Notes: a model not told the origin generated them from the letters alone. 64,000 nt of DNA from Octopus sinensis (GCF_006345805.1 NC_043004.1:27466001-27530000); one strand, 5' to 3'; positions 1 to 14,132 are shown, counted from the first letter of the stretch. A program made the numbers and translations.

Positions 1-288
1 ACAGGACTAGGTACTTTCTTTATGGGGATACTTAAAGATAAAAGTTTATGTTACAAAACCAGCAATGTTTAAAGAACTGAGAGCAGCCTTTAAATGTGCT
101 GAATGAAATGCACCTTCATGTTTGAATGCCATTACTTTACATTACTAGCAGTGCCTGAATCAAGCATACATGAAAAGAATTTTAAATTGTCTGCAGATTC
201 TATAATATTCTGAAAATGAAATGTATTTGAATAAACATTGGTTTTATAATTATTCAAAGAATGTATACATTTCTGGGGACATTATGTA
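1..288 (+). mobile_element. Tc1/mariner-superfamily transposon, 3' remnant
   Basis: Translates as ..FLWGYLKDK/VYVTKP..ELRAA, a typical transposase C-terminus; ends at TA before a (TA)n tract. Confidence 0.6.
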
Positions 289-317
289 CATGTGTATATA
301 TATATATGTATATATGA

Positions 318-465
318 AGGTGCATGGCTTAGTGGTCAGGGCATTCGGTTACGTTAAGGGTACACGTGTCTGCGAAGTGCTCAGCTACTTGCACGTTAAT
401 TTCACGAGCCAGTTGTTCCGTTGATCGAATCAGCTGGGACCCTCATCATCATAACTGATGGAGTG
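318..465 (+). mobile_element. Internally deleted tRNA-derived SINE (family of 29279-29600)
   Basis: Head ggtgcatggcttagtggtcagggcattcgg is joined directly to the 3' part ttaagggtacacgtgtc...gggaccctc of the 29.3 kb copy. Confidence 0.8.
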
Positions 466-622
466 CTTCTATGTATATATATACACACACACATCATACA
501 TGTATGTGCATGTACATATGCATATATATAGAGACACATGGACACACACACATACACACACATGCACACACATGCACACACATACATGCACACACACACA
601 CGTGCGCGTGCGCACACACACG

Positions 623-675
<53 letters not shown>

Positions 676-851
676 ACGTACATACGTGATGTGTATGAAG
701 GGGTAGGTAAGCAGATATATAATTTCAGTGACTGTTGTTAATTTGAATTATTTACGTTTAGCTTCATTTAATACATTAAAGTCACAAGATTTTGCAAATC
801 ATTAAATACATATGATTAATTATTGTAATTTTTCTTATGCGCTCACACATG

Positions 852-888
<37 letters not shown>

Positions 889-1605
889 ATGCGCATGTCA
901 ATCTATGTGTGTCTATGACTGAGTGTGTGTGTCTATTGATACATTTTTTTGTCATATTGTTTTTCCCATTAGTTGGAAATCGTTCAGAAAAAGGCTTGGT
1001 AATTGAAGTCATAATGTGTCAGCAATATCAACATCAATGTTTTGACAGAAATGAAGTTGTTATATAGACAATCACAACGAACTGGAAAAACATATTAGTC
1101 TTCCGTTTCCACTCCTGTTTGAAATACAAGAACATAATGTAAATTAACGCATGCAACAATCAGCAAAATTTAAGTACTTTCCAAGATTCCAAAATAAATA
1201 TTGAAAATGGGAAAGATTAACATGTAACCAAAGAGATGAATTTAAAAAGAAGTATTTGATCAACTAGAAAAGAGAAATTAGAGTAAACGTGAAGAAGATA
1301 ATAAATATTTAGCTTATTCTTCAAAATTGATTTGAAGGGAGGATTTTGGAATTAATCAATATTATCTTTGAGTCTCATCATCAACTCATTCCAAATATAA
1401 AAACAAAACCAAAGGTTACCACTGTGTAATTAATTCCCATCATCAGTGAATTTCTCAGCAGGTAATACAAATAAATATACATATAAATGTAAACATAAAT
1501 ATAAACATATATGTACAAATGTAAATACAATATAAATATATACATATAACTTTATATATCTATCTATCTATCTGTCTATATATGTGTGTGTGTATACATA
1601 TATGA

Positions 1606-1663
<58 letters not shown>

Positions 1664-2129
1664 TATAACGATATATATATATATATACATGTACGCATAT
1701 GTATATACTTACATATACATGCATATATGTACATACATATGTGGGCGTGCATGTGTGTGTGTGTCTACTTAAATATATATTTATATATTGTATAGAAGTA
1801 ATGTTTACATTTGTGTACAGATTACATCGTGTGGAGATCGTAAAATGTTAAATAAGCTTTGAGCAAGTCAAGCTAACATATAAAGCATGATTTGGTTTGA
1901 GTAACAACAACCTACAAATGAATAAATAGAAAAATGAATACACAATGAAAGAAGGGTATAATGGAAGAGAAGTGTTGTATTTCATGCATAAATGAATAAA
2001 TTAACCAAAAGTGTGTCACTCATGATAAAATAGGTGTGAAATAGTGAAAGAAAATTATGCAGAAGTAATTAGGAAGGGAAATGTTGGAACATAAGTCTTT
2101 CTGTTAGTCACAAATATACATACATACAC

Positions 2130-2220
<91 letters not shown>

Positions 2221-2222
<2 letters not shown>

Positions 2223-2520
2223 CTGTACATATAATATGTGACAATTATTCGGTAGCAATGATAAAATTCCAAGTTTCGGATGTCGAGGCAGAAGACCATG
2301 CCGGTATCTTTTCAGTTATTGGGCCAGCGAAAAAAATTTTTTTTTTGCGATGGCCTGGCAACCGAAGATATGCCAGCATGGGTTTCCACCCTGACATCTG
2401 AAATTTGGAGTTTTATCATGGCTACCGAATAATTGTCACATATTATATTTATAGATAAATTCCTCTATTTAAATAATATGGAGGTTTCAATCATTCTTTT
2501 GTTGTCTTACGATTACTATT
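2221..2520. repeat. Fold-back (arms ~2221-2330 and ~2340-2457) derived from a Penelope-like terminal repeat, with a degenerate hammerhead in each arm
   Basis: ataatatgtgacaattattcggtagc is the reverse complement of gctaccgaataattgtcacatattat; cores CTGAAAA..GAAA (- strand) and CCGAAGA..GAAA (+ strand). Confidence 0.75.
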
Positions 2521-2528
2521 AATATATG

Positions 2529-2562
<34 letters not shown>

Positions 2563-2589
2563 ATCATTTTACATGTTCCCTCCCACATC

Positions 2590-3945
2590 CATTTCCCAGT
2601 TTTCAAAGTTGGCACTGTCAGTGTAGGCACATTGAAAGGTAGGTCTAGCAAGATTGTTGAGATGCTTGAATGGAGGCATGTTGTATGTTGATGTATGTTG
2701 CATTCAAGAGGTAAGGTGGAGAGGGGCTTTAGCCAGGTTCTTCATGGGCAAGACACATTGGTATAAAATCTTTTGGGAAGGTAACAGCAATGGAGTTGGT
2801 AGTGTGGGCATACTTCTTGGTGAGAAATGGGTGGGTAAGATCAGAGAGGTAGCCAGAGTATGCAATAGAGTACTTAAGCTCAGGCTAGTCTTCCAGAATA
2901 GAATAGCAACAATTATATCTGCCAATTTCCCACAAACGGGCCTACCAAATGAACAAATGGGCCAATTTTATGATACTCTTCTGCAAGCTACCTCAATTAG
3001 CATGCTGGATGGCAGCCTGGTATCTTCCATGGTGTATATGGGAGCCATGAAATTGGTTCCCGAAATGAAGAGGGAACAAGGCTACTGGAGTTCTGTGATG
3101 CAAATAACCTATTGATCTGCAACACGAAATTCAGGAAGCCAGCCAGCCACCTGACAGCCTACCAATCAGGTGACTATACTGACCAGATTGATTACATTCT
3201 CACCAGACAGCATGATGCATAGTTGCTCCTAAATACAAAGACCCTTCCTAATGAAGATGTACCCTCCAGCATAAACTAATCATTAGTGACTTTAGACTCC
3301 AGGCCAGAAGGATGCCAAGAAGCAGACCAATCTGGAAAAGAAGGATTTGGAAGCTTAAGGACACTTTATATGGTCAGAGATTTAGGGACATCCTAACTGA
3401 GAAATTTGATGAGAGGGAGTAGGACCTACAGACTTGTGACATAGAGGGCAACTGAGAATTCCTGTGGGACAGCTTGCTGAGTGCTACAGTCCAAATCTGT
3501 GGCTGGTGCAAAGTCCCATCAAAACCTAGAGAGATGTAGTGGTGGAATGATGCTGTGGATATGACCATCAGAGCAAAGAAACAGGCCCAGAAGGCCTGGA
3601 AGAGTGGGGTTAGCAGGGAACTGTATCAAATAGTCAGAAAGGAAGCTAGGAGACAGGTATATCTAGTCAAGAGAGAAGCAGAAAAGAAGTTTATCTATAT
3701 TCAGTGACATGAGGACCAAAGACTTGAAGTGTTTCGGATTTCAAGGCAGTGTGTGAGAGAAAATTGTGATGTCATAGGAGAGAAACATGTCCGCATGGAT
3801 GATGGTGCACTGGAATTAATGATTCTGCAAAGAAAGAGGCTTGGAAATGCCATTATGAAAGACTGTTGAATGTGGAGAATGAATGGGAGGAAGAGTGTCT
3901 GCCGAATGTTGACCCCATTGAGGGACCAACTATGTGAATTGACCG
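2590..3945 (+). mobile_element. RTE-clade LINE fragment (APE endonuclease and linker), decayed
   Basis: VGTLKGRS..VDVCCIQEVRWRG..GVG.VGILL..RVLKLRL; QIDYIL motif near 3185; many frameshifts. Confidence 0.85.
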
Positions 3946-4147
3946 TACCTTGGTGGTGGTGGTGGTATTGATGATGATGATGGTGGTGATGATGATGATG
4001 ATAATGATGATTATGATGATGATGATGACCTGCTCCTTGACATTTCATTCAACAATATATTGACATGTGTGTCATACATAAACATAGCATTATACAAATA
4101 TGTAAAAAGAAAATATGGTGTAAATAAATAGTCAACACAGTATCACG

Positions 4148-4645
4148 ATCATCATTTAACATCCATTGTCCATGCTGGCATGGGTTGGAGGGTTTGACTG
4201 GGGCTGGTAAGCTGGAAGGCTGCACCAGACTCCAGTCTGATTTGACATGGTTTTCTACGGCTGGAATCCCTTCCTAACACCAACCACTCCGAGAGTGTGA
4301 TGGGTGCTTTTACATGTCACCAGTACGAGCACCATTTGCATGACACTGGGGTGCTTTTATGTGCCACCAGAATGAGTGCCAATTTGCATGACACTGGTAT
4401 CTGCCATTAATGCGATTTTGCTTGGCTTGATGGGTCTTTTTCTCAAGTACAACATAATGCTAAAGGTCTTGTCTCTGAGAGGCCCAACACTTGAAAGGAA
4501 CTCAGCCACTTTGCCTCCATGAGGCCCAACACTCAAAAGATGTTCTTTACGTGCCCCCACATGGGTGCACTTAGCTTATTGAGTCCTCTGAAGCACAGTA
4601 CATTGCCAAAGTTCTCGGTCACTAGTCAATGCGTCTGTGAGGCAA
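4148..4645 (-). mobile_element. RTE-related non-autonomous element with (TGA)n tail
   Basis: Reverse complement ends aacccatgccagcatgg...gttaaatgatga; matches the + copy at 56770-57101. Confidence 0.7.
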
Positions 4646-4689
4646 TGTATATTCACTTCCTGTATTATATATAAGTTTACAATACAGGA

Positions 4690-5025
4690 AGTAAACTTAC
4701 AGTTTCATAACTAGTCGAATGGCCATTTAAATAAGAAAGTTTATCTGTTCATATTGTTCTGCAAGGTTGTTGCAAAGAAAGAGGTGGGCACATGAATAAT
4801 ATTGTTGGGTAGATGAAGCAGTTTATTAATTGTGAAGAAGTTAAGAATTATACTAAGTGTTTCTTTGTTTTGAAACTGAAAACTTTTATGCCCAAAGGAT
4901 CAACAGTTTGTTACATAGATGGGATTATGTTATCAATAATGAGAGGAAATATTTTCTTGATTAAATTAAGACCATAGAAGCATTTGTTTCTTTTCCATTT
5001 TGAAAGCTAAAGGACTTACTGTATA
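4690..5025 (+). mobile_element. Mariner 3' remnant
   Basis: FY..GI..L..RWDYVINNE..YFLD* transposase C-terminal pattern. Confidence 0.5.
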
Positions 5026-5203
5026 CAGATTTTTGGTAAACTGTGATTAAAGCATTTGTCCTTTGACAGCTGAATATTTTCTTTACTGATAATTATTTAG
5101 CTGTGGGTAGGAGTTGTTGACTGAGCAGACTGTGGCAGTATAGCAGGTAAAGTTGTATGTCATTCTACAAGTACAACACAATAAAAGAAAAGAAAAATAT
5201 ATA

Positions 5204-6432
5204 GAGGGTGTCTGGGTAAATTGTATAAAAGGGAAAGAAACAGAATATCCCATCCAAAAATAAAAGTATTTTAAAAAATCAAAAAAATATCAATTAGTTT
5301 ATGGCTTGGAGACAACAGTTTACTCAAAGAACCTCCCTCAGCTTCCACAACAGTCTCAAGATGACTCTGGAACTTGGTGCATGTGATCCTTACTGCATCC
5401 CTAGGAATATCTTCAAGCACCTTGATCATGGCCACCTGTTCAGCTTTGGTGTTGCAGATAAAGAGTTTGGTGTCTTTCTCAACCATGCCTCACTCATAGT
5501 AATCCAATATGGGAAATTAGGAAGCCTGAAATAGGAGCTGATGAAATCATAGAAATTCTCCAACATTCACTTCTGACTTGCTGGAAGTATGGCACAAAAC
5601 CAAATCCTGCTCCTGCACATATGGCCTTCCAGCAACAACCCTCTCCAGTAGCTTAACAATAATCATCTGAATTGAGGCTAAGGCCAAGTTCAAAGATGTG
5701 GATTGGCATCATGTTGCCCTCACTGGAGATACACACAAAAACAATCACAGTTTAGAGGAACTTGGTTATCATGATATGTAAAACATCACATGGAATGCAG
5801 GTAAGGCATGGGTGCTATGCAACTAGTCCTGGCAGAAGTTCTTTTCATCTGAGAAGAATCTGATCATCCCCAGCTCAAAAGGATGCCTCAGCTTGTTCAG
5901 GAGCTTCTTTGTCTTCATCAAAAGGTTCTCCTTAGCTTTGGATGTCAGAATTTGTCCCTTGCACCTTTTGTATGAGTGGTAGTAAAGGTCCTCATTCAGG
6001 GCCAACTTCATGGTGGTGACTTCAACACCACTCTTTCTTGCCAAAGCCCAGATTCCCTTGCTTGGATCTTCCATCACACTATCCTGCAGGTGTCAAATGA
6101 ATTCCAGCATGTGAACACAGCCAGAATGCCTGTTGCATCCCTTCCTGCTGGCCACAACATCGTAGTCTTTGTTGCATCTGTCCATATCACATCTAACAGA
6201 CTTTACAGAGTTCACAAAGCATTGAGTGGCAGTCATGATGTCAATATTTTGATAGCCAACTTGAATCATCATGATATAGATAGCTCTTTTCCAATATTTA
6301 GGTGGCTTCCATTCCTCCATGTCAACTAACTTTTCCTCAACTACAATTTTAATCTTTATGCTCACCAATACATCATACTGTTCCTCAAAAAAAGAGACAT
6401 AAAATATTGTCACACTTAACTCAAACACCCTG
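5204..6432 (-). mobile_element. Tc1/mariner (maT/DD37D-like) transposon, full-length but decayed
   Basis: TA-flanked imperfect TIRs (gagggtgtctgggtaa / ttaactcaaacaccctg); ORF pieces RFFSDEKNF and LETVVEAEGG. Confidence 0.8.
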
Positions 6433-7195
6433 TAATATGGTAGTCATTTGTAGCATGTTTCCCACTTATACCACTTTCAACACTGTACCATGTGTATTGT
6501 ATGTACTACTTGTACTATCAATAACATCTACATCACCACCACCACCACAAACATCTACACCAACCATACCATCTGTATTTCATGTACCACTTATACCACC
6601 ACTAATACCTTCTACATCATCTGCACTGTATGTATGATGTGTATCATCTGTATAATCAGTATCAGCTGCAAGATCTATTTACACTATTTGCACCATTTAT
6701 ACCATCTGTACAATATGTGCAACTTTTACCACTTGCACTCGAAGCACTCTCTGCACAATATGCATCATATCCAAACCATCATCAATGACTGACATCATCT
6801 CCACCATCTGCATAAAATGTGCAGTTTGCATCATTATCAGCAACTACCTAGGCACCACTGACTGTGTCATCTGCGCCATTTGCAGAATACACATAATGTG
6901 CACCATCATCGCTGATCACATTGTGTCTTTAACGGCATCGACTGCACCAGCTGCTCTTATTCTTATGAATAGACTATTAAATCGAATTAAGGAAAATTTG
7001 TTTCCATTTCAAGAGAAAGAAGAATATAAATGAATTCAACTAAATAATTCATTGATTTTTCTTTATATATTTTTCTCACACAGTGATGTATTTATGAGGA
7101 ATATATATGTATATATATGCATAGATAATTATATGAATATACACATATATTTAAATAAATATATATATATATAAATCTATATTCATATACATACA

Positions 7196-7227
<32 letters not shown>

Positions 7228-7914
7228 CACACACATACACACATGCACACATATACATACACACACACATATACATAAATATATGTGTGCGTGTATGTGG
7301 TATGTGTGTGTGTTTGTGTGTGCGTGTGTGTGTGTGTGTGTGCATAGTGTATCCATCCAAAATTAAAATAGTGCAATAATGTTAAGAGATCATTTTCTGT
7401 GTGACAATATCAAATCTAGAGAGATATATCTACCTATTTGTGTCTCCAGACAATAGTTCCACTGCTTCGTAAAAGTAGCCATTGTTAGGGCAAAAATAAT
7501 CATTTCACTGATTAATTTAATTACTGATGAAAACAAAAGTTTATTTTTAACCATTTTATTATTTGCATTTAATTAATTCATGTTTGAATGTATAAAATCT
7601 GTAATGCCTCCGTTTAGCCATGATTTATTTCATAATTATTTTTATTTTTAATAGTTCTATTGATTAAGAAATTGGTAATGCCAAATAGACAAGAGAGGTA
7701 TATAAATCAAGGCAATGAAGTAGAGCAAATTCATCAATTGTTATTCAGTCATTGTTTCTACAGTGTAATCAATGACCTATCCACAGACATAGCTAATTAA
7801 GTTATAAACTAGTTAATATGGCTCTCTAAATATCTATAAGTCGAATATAACCTTATTTAACTCAGATTTATTTCACTGAACCATTTTGACTAACCAAGAG
7901 ATTATAAGGTTTTC

Positions 7915-7931
7915 TACTGCTGCTGCTGCGG

Positions 7932-7963
<32 letters not shown>

Positions 7964-7984
7964 GATGATGATGATAATAATGGT

Positions 7985-8036
<52 letters not shown>

Positions 8037-8045
8037 GATAATAAT
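7915..8045. repeat. (CTA)n/(AAT)n microsatellite
   Basis: Directly visible. Confidence 0.95.
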
Positions 8046-9180
8046 TGGGATATAGAAAAGGCCAATGCTTCCCTCAAATATCAAGAACAGCAGGATATAA
8101 TTGGTGTAGAAGTGAAAGCAGTGCTTGCCACATCAAAGAGATGGAAATCCCCAGGTATAGATAAGATACCAAATTTTTGGCTGCTTTAATGAGCACCCAC
8201 CACAACTTAGCCATAGCATTCAATGAAGTCGTGTCCAACTCTGTGAAAGCCCCAAAGTGGCTTACAGAAGGGATAACATATCTCCTACCAAAAACAGAAG
8301 AAACTACTAACCCCCTCAAAATACCAACCCATAACATACCTCACCACCATATATAAACTATTAGCAACTATAATAGTGAATAGAGCATATGAAGTTTTGG
8401 ACAATAGGAAGTTATTCCCAGTGGAACAAAAGAGATGTAAAAAGGACCGATTACTGATTGATAAAACGGTCATTGAAAATTGCAAATCCAAACGTAGAAA
8501 CCTTAGCACTGCTTAAATAGATTATAAGAAGGCTTTTGACAGTGTTCCCGATGTATGGATCATCAAGACTCTGGAAATTTACAAGATAGCTCCAACAATT
8601 GTGAACTTGTTAAAGGTAATCATGAATTCGTGGAGAACCACCCTCATTTTAAACCATACACACGAATACACCACCTCACCAGACATCAATATCACCTGTG
8701 GTATCTTTCAAAGTGAATCATTATCACCATTACTATCCTGCCTCGCTCAGTTCCTTTTATCCACACAACTGAATAATGGTGCCCTAGGAATGATATCAAA
8801 AAGGGGCTGACTGCTACCTGTCTCAGATACCAGGAAATCCAAAAATGGAAGAAATTTAAAAAATAGTGCACATGAGAACTGCTCTTATCCTATGAAAAAT
8901 ATTGCCTATGTAATTCCAAAAACATTTTAATTTGTAAACATTGCCAAAAGTACTTTTAAATGTACATAATTGCAAACACCTTCTACTGTCATATTAACAT
9001 CACGCAATCATCGTATCACCAAATTACTTTTAAAGCAAACTTCTAATTTTCTTATGTTCTGACAGACATTCTCTAGAACAATACTCTGTGCAAAACCAGA
9101 TAAATGGCACCCTACTATTAACACCAAGTTGAACTTCTAACTTGTTGTCTCTTGAGATCTCCAGGCAAAAGCCAAACATA
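8040..9180 (+). mobile_element. R4/Dong-clade non-LTR retrotransposon, internally deleted (RT start joined to C-terminus and 3' UTR)
   Basis: WKSPGIDKIPNFWL, DYKKAFDSVP, GIFQSESLSPLL; jumps near 8780 to the C-terminus seen at 35380; flanked by (AAT)n. Confidence 0.85.
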
Positions 9181-9249
9181 TAATGATAACAATAACAATA
9201 ATAATAATAATAATAATAATGATAATAATAATTATAATAATAATAATAA

Positions 9250-9395
9250 CGGTTTCAAATTTTGATTAGATTAACCCCAGTTCTCAACTGGTACTTATTT
9301 TACAGACTCCAAAGCAAAGTCAAGCACAGTCAAATTAGTATACAGGATATGAAGATGGCCGCCAGGCATTGTGCCCAGTTTGCTAACGACTCTAC
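9250..9395 (-). mobile_element. tRNA-derived SINE fragment ((ATT)n-tail family)
   Basis: Degenerate match to 36601-36782 (actggtactta..aaagtc). Confidence 0.55.
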
Positions 9396-9430
9396 CAATA
9401 ACAACAACTAATAATAATAATAATAATAAA

Positions 9431-9977
9431 TGCTCTGATGCAGTACCATGCACTGGCTTTCTGATCTTAACTGATAGGAAGTGTTATCATGTACTTGTTT
9501 TGTCTTAGAATAAAAGATGGGCTACAGCAAATATTCTGCTCAATACCACAGATTTGCTCGTCAGTTGTTTGAACTTAACCAGTTGAGCATGTCCCTTAGT
9601 GACTGACGATATGTGCATCTCTGATCACGAGCAGAAGTATTTGGGGAGCATCATAACCATGTGTTGAGAGGAATTCTTTGGGGCTTGAATAATTCACCTC
9701 TGGAAACATGGGTATTTTGTTCAATATTCTTAAACAACCCTTATTCAGGGATCTTTTGAGTGGAAAGGGCTACTTGCCCTGAAGAAAATTCTAACTGGGC
9801 CCCACCTGTAAAGTCATGTTCTGTTTATCTTGATTCAGAGTTCACCATGTCGCATGCATATGGTTGTGATGCATGTGTCTGGAGTACTATTATCAGATGG
9901 GTAGTCATGATGGGTGTACTGGGCTTCATATATTTTACGCCTGTGTCATGTTGATGGCATGCACTGCTCTCTCGCTC
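9431..9977 (+). mobile_element. ~550-bp (AAT)n-associated non-coding element, copy 1
   Basis: tgctctgatgcagtacc ... gcactgctctctc; (AAT)n on both sides; aligns by eye to 36854-37403. Confidence 0.85.
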
Positions 9978-10407
9978 ATTAATAATAATAATAATAATCC
10001 TTTCTACTGTAGATATAGTGACTGAAATTTGAAGGGAGGTTATGTTACATGATTACATCACCTGCAGTGATTAATCCTGAAAGAAGGAAAGGCAAAGCCA
10101 ACCTTGGTGGAATTTGAACTTTTTATATGGCACCAACATAGGTGCTTTTTACTTGGCACCAGCACCTGTGACCTTTCAGCTGAGAGAGAATGTGAAACTG
10201 AGAGTTTAAAGTTTGATAGAGGGGCAGAGGTAGCCCTCTTACTATCTAGGAGATAAGTTGCAACTTCAGTAGGATATAGAAGGAAAGGAAGGTAAGAGAG
10301 AGTTAGAGAGAGAAACAGAGAGACAACCAGAGTGAGATAGAGAGGGTCTGCCCACGGGGAACAGTGGGAGAGCAGTAAGTCACTAATAACAACAACAACA
10401 ACAACAA

Positions 10408-10670
10408 TATTTAAAGTGGGAAATACGGAGGTTGTGGTTAATGAAGAGAGCAGGCGTGATACCAACAGTAACTAGTGCACTTGGAAGTATCAGTACTCAA
10501 CTATCAACATGGCTGAAAAAGATTGGTGCAAGTGTGAAGGTAGAACACCTACAAAAATCAGCATTGCTTGGAACTGCAAGAATTCTTTGAAGCATGACCA
10601 GTAAACAAGTGTCACCTTAGTCAGCTGGCTGTGGACACCTAACACTTTCCATCATACTCAGCAAAATATG
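10408..10670 (+). mobile_element. R4/Dong 3' fragment (different subfamily)
   Basis: VIPTVTSALGSISTQLSTWLKKIG..LQKSALLGTARIL C-terminal motif, then AAT. Confidence 0.75.
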
Positions 10671-10675
10671 ATAAT

Positions 10676-10875
10676 AATTCTTTCTTTCTACAAGCAGAGG
10701 GCCTGAGATTTTGGGGGAGGGGTTTCATTGATTACATCGACTCCAAAGATCAACTGGCTCTGAAAGAATAACAAGCAAAGTGGGCCTCAGCAGAATTTGA
10801 ACTTAGAACCTAAGGGCAAATGAAATACCTCTAAGTATTTTGAGAAGGATTCTAACCATTCAACCAGTTAGCAGC
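10676..10875 (-). mobile_element. tRNA-derived SINE, (ATT)n-tail family
   Basis: Similar to 36601-36782; B-box-like gagttcaaattc on the - strand. Confidence 0.7.
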
Positions 10876-10919
10876 ATTTATAATAATGATGATGATGATG
10901 ATGATGATGATGATAATTA

Positions 10920-11458
10920 GCTCTGATGCAGTACCAGACAGTAGTTCTCATGGTTTCTGATCTTAACTGATCAGAAGTGTTATCATGTATGTTTTGTCTT
11001 GATGCAAAAGATGGGCTACAGAAAATATTTTGTTCAATGTCACAGATTTGCTTGTCAGTTGCTTGAGCATGTCCCTTAATAGCTGACAATATGTACATCT
11101 CTAGTCATGTGCAGGAGTAGGTGGGGGAGCATCATAGCTATGTGTCGAGAGGAATTCTTTGGAGTTTGACTAATTCACCCTTGCAAATCTGGGTGTTTTG
11201 TTCAACATCCTTAAACAACCCTTGTTCAGGAACCTTTTGAGCAGAATGGGCTACTTGACCTGAAGAAAATAGCAACTGGGCCCTACCTGAAAGATCATGC
11301 ACTGGTTATTTTCATATGAGATCACTATGTCATGCACATGTGGTTGTGATGCATGTGCCTAGTGTATTCTTATCAGACGGGGAGTCATATGGGGTATATT
11401 GAGTTTTTTATATTTGAACCCCAGTGTCACTTTGATGGCATGCATTGCTCTCTCATAC
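10920..11458 (+). mobile_element. ~550-bp (AAT)n-associated element, copy 2
   Basis: Same termini and internal blocks as the other copies; left flank is (ATG)n plus short AAT. Confidence 0.85.
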
Positions 11459-11522
<64 letters not shown>

Positions 11523-12689
11523 AAGTTACAACACACTAACATGGATTCTGATAATGAAGATATACACCTACATTTATGGTTCATTACATTTATTTCAAAA
11601 CTCACTCTTAATCCTATTTACAAACTGATGAAAAACGTTGTCTAAAAATTGTCAATACAATCATGTAAAACAATGGTTGGTGGATCCCCCACACCCACAT
11701 TCAAATTTGAAGCTGTATGCTGACAGTTTATGGCAAAACAGTAATTTAATATAAATTACCGTGCTATGGATTTGTAAAATTAAATACTCACTGTTTTTTC
11801 AGTACTGATGCACACTCACAAGTTCTCATGTACTTTTGCACTATGTTTGTGGTATTAAAAGGGTTTCCCCCACTCCCTCTCTCAAAATTAGAATAAGAGA
11901 TAAATCATTTACCTCTATTACAAAAATATTGAAGTCAAAGGCTACATAATTCAGCTCCATTCCCCTACCACCTGACTCATTGGTGCTCTATATAGATCTA
12001 TAAATATATTTATAATTGTGGAAATTTGCCATTCCTATCAGTATATTATACATTGGGTGTGAGCCAAAGAAGATGTTTCTCTATGGTTGATTGACTTACT
12101 AGAAATAGAAACCAAATATCATTTAGGCATACTGTAAAAAATGAAGGACATGTTGAATTATGCAGTTCTGGATAAATTGAGACTGAAAATAAATTGAGTA
12201 GTTGGAGCTGGAACTTACTTAATCAAGACTGACCTGCAAACTAAGCAACAACTGCATCAAATGTTATATTATACAGGCATATAACAATAATTTAAAGGTA
12301 TCTAAAATACACTTTCAAAAAGGAAATCATGTGTTTGCATATTAAAGAATTCGATAACACAAAGCTGCAGAAGAAAATATAGGAGGGAAAATGCTCAGAG
12401 AATCATTCCTTAAAATTACCAAATTGTGAAGAAAGATCAAAATTCAATTGCATTTTATATTTAGTCTAAATCTTAATTTTAAAAAACAAATAATTTTCAT
12501 GAATAAAATTAAATTTTTATTCAATAATTACTGTTCGATAAACAAAACAGAAATCTAAAATAAGCTGAAAAACTGATAATACAATATGTATATATGTTTG
12601 AACTATTTCTCTTTTTAATTTAGAGTAAATTTTGACTGTCCATCTACTTGATAGCAAGGTTGTGAAAGAAAGCTTGTTTTAACCATTAT

Positions 12690-13680
12690 CCTTTAATTCT
12701 TAAGAAGGGCTCACAGATTACCATTGTCCCAGATATTGTTATCTTTTATAGCATATGAATTTAGGTTTTGTGTTCTCACCCCAAGAACCCAAATTTAGCC
12801 ATACTTTGCTCCAGTTAGGTTGGTATGTACTCAGTTGCTTCAATAATAATAGGTATGAAGCTGAAAGTGTATCTTGGATTCTAGATATGTAAACTCCTTA
12901 TCAATGGTCCATAGATGACTTCTTTCTCTTGTATTTTTCAAACTATGTTTGTGTTCAGAGGGCAGCTGATTTCCACCACAGAACATATCTTTTCCTTCTG
13001 ATCCCACACAACAATATCTGGCTGGTTCTCATTCAACTATCAGGCTGTTTTAATTTCTAAGTTCCTCTAATGTTCTTTTGACCCATTGGTTTCAATGGAA
13101 TCAACTTTGCCTGTAGGTGTTTTCTTTTTTGCTTCCCTCTGGCCACCACCACATCATGCTCTGTGGGGAAATAATATCTGGACGACATTGCCTTGCATTT
13201 GGCAATAATGTGCTTGATGTCTTTAGTCTTGGTCTTACACATTCTATATTTGTTGCCTGTCAATGCTTTCTGCCTCTTGGTACTTGGTACTTGGTGGGGA
13301 TTTCTTGTTCTTGAATTGCATGGAAGTAACCGCCAAAGTGGGATGTCATAAACTTGCTAGTACATCATGCCAAGTACCCATGTATTATCTTCCCAGTGAC
13401 CCGGTCCATTTCTTTTTATTTTGTTCTTCTGATAAATAGATTTTATCAATGCTCCTTGGACAGAAAGCTTTATCAATTCTTATTTCATACAACTCATCAA
13501 GTTCACTAGCTATTCTAATTATATTATTGATTTCGTGGTCACACATCTGGATAAGATAGTAACTGATTTCTTTCCTCTGCTGCAGATATTGTTTCAGTGT
13601 CACAATACCTGCTTCCTATGACATCAATACAGATTTGAGGCTATGGTCACCAGCTTTGCATGAAAAGTATAGCCTGTCTC
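12690..13680 (-). mobile_element. R4/Dong-like fragment (zinc knuckle and RLE endonuclease), decayed
   Basis: YFHAIQEQEIPTKY, YRMCK..HIIAKC, NQPDIVVWD..VVEISCP motifs on the - strand. Confidence 0.75.
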
Positions 13681-13689
13681 TTTGAAGAT

Positions 13690-14052
13690 TTGGGTATGAG
13701 ATATGTGCATGCTGAGTTTGTGCCAAAACTGCATTCAGTTACAGTAGTTTTTTGCTAATCACAACATTCCATACATCCAATAACCACCAAATTCTCCAGA
13801 TCTCACCCCATGTGACTTTTTTTCTCATTCCAAAAGTTAAATCCCACTTGAATGGAACAAAATTTCCAGATGTTAAGAAAATCCATGAGAATGCAATAAG
13901 GCAGCTGTTTGCTGTCCTAAAAAAGGAAATGGCACCAGATTAAGTGTGTTGTTTTTGAAGGGGACTACTTTAAAGGAGATTAAATGCCAAATTGATATGT
14001 GTTGTAGCTTTCTCTTAACGGCACTAGTCCTGATACTATTTTATCAGCCTTT
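13690..14052 (+). mobile_element. Mariner internal-deletion remnant
   Basis: FVPKL..., SPDLTPCDFFLIPKVKSHLNG. Confidence 0.75.
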
Positions 14053-14132
14053 ATATATATATATATATGTATTTCGTTTTTGGATTTGGTTTGCAAGATT
14101 CTTTATGCTTTATGTGAGTTTGAGTGTTGAAG

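Noticed and set aside
6440-6960. Thr/His/Cys-rich ORFs
   Set aside because: Degenerate cat/cac low-complexity sequence with no consistent frame or recognisable domain
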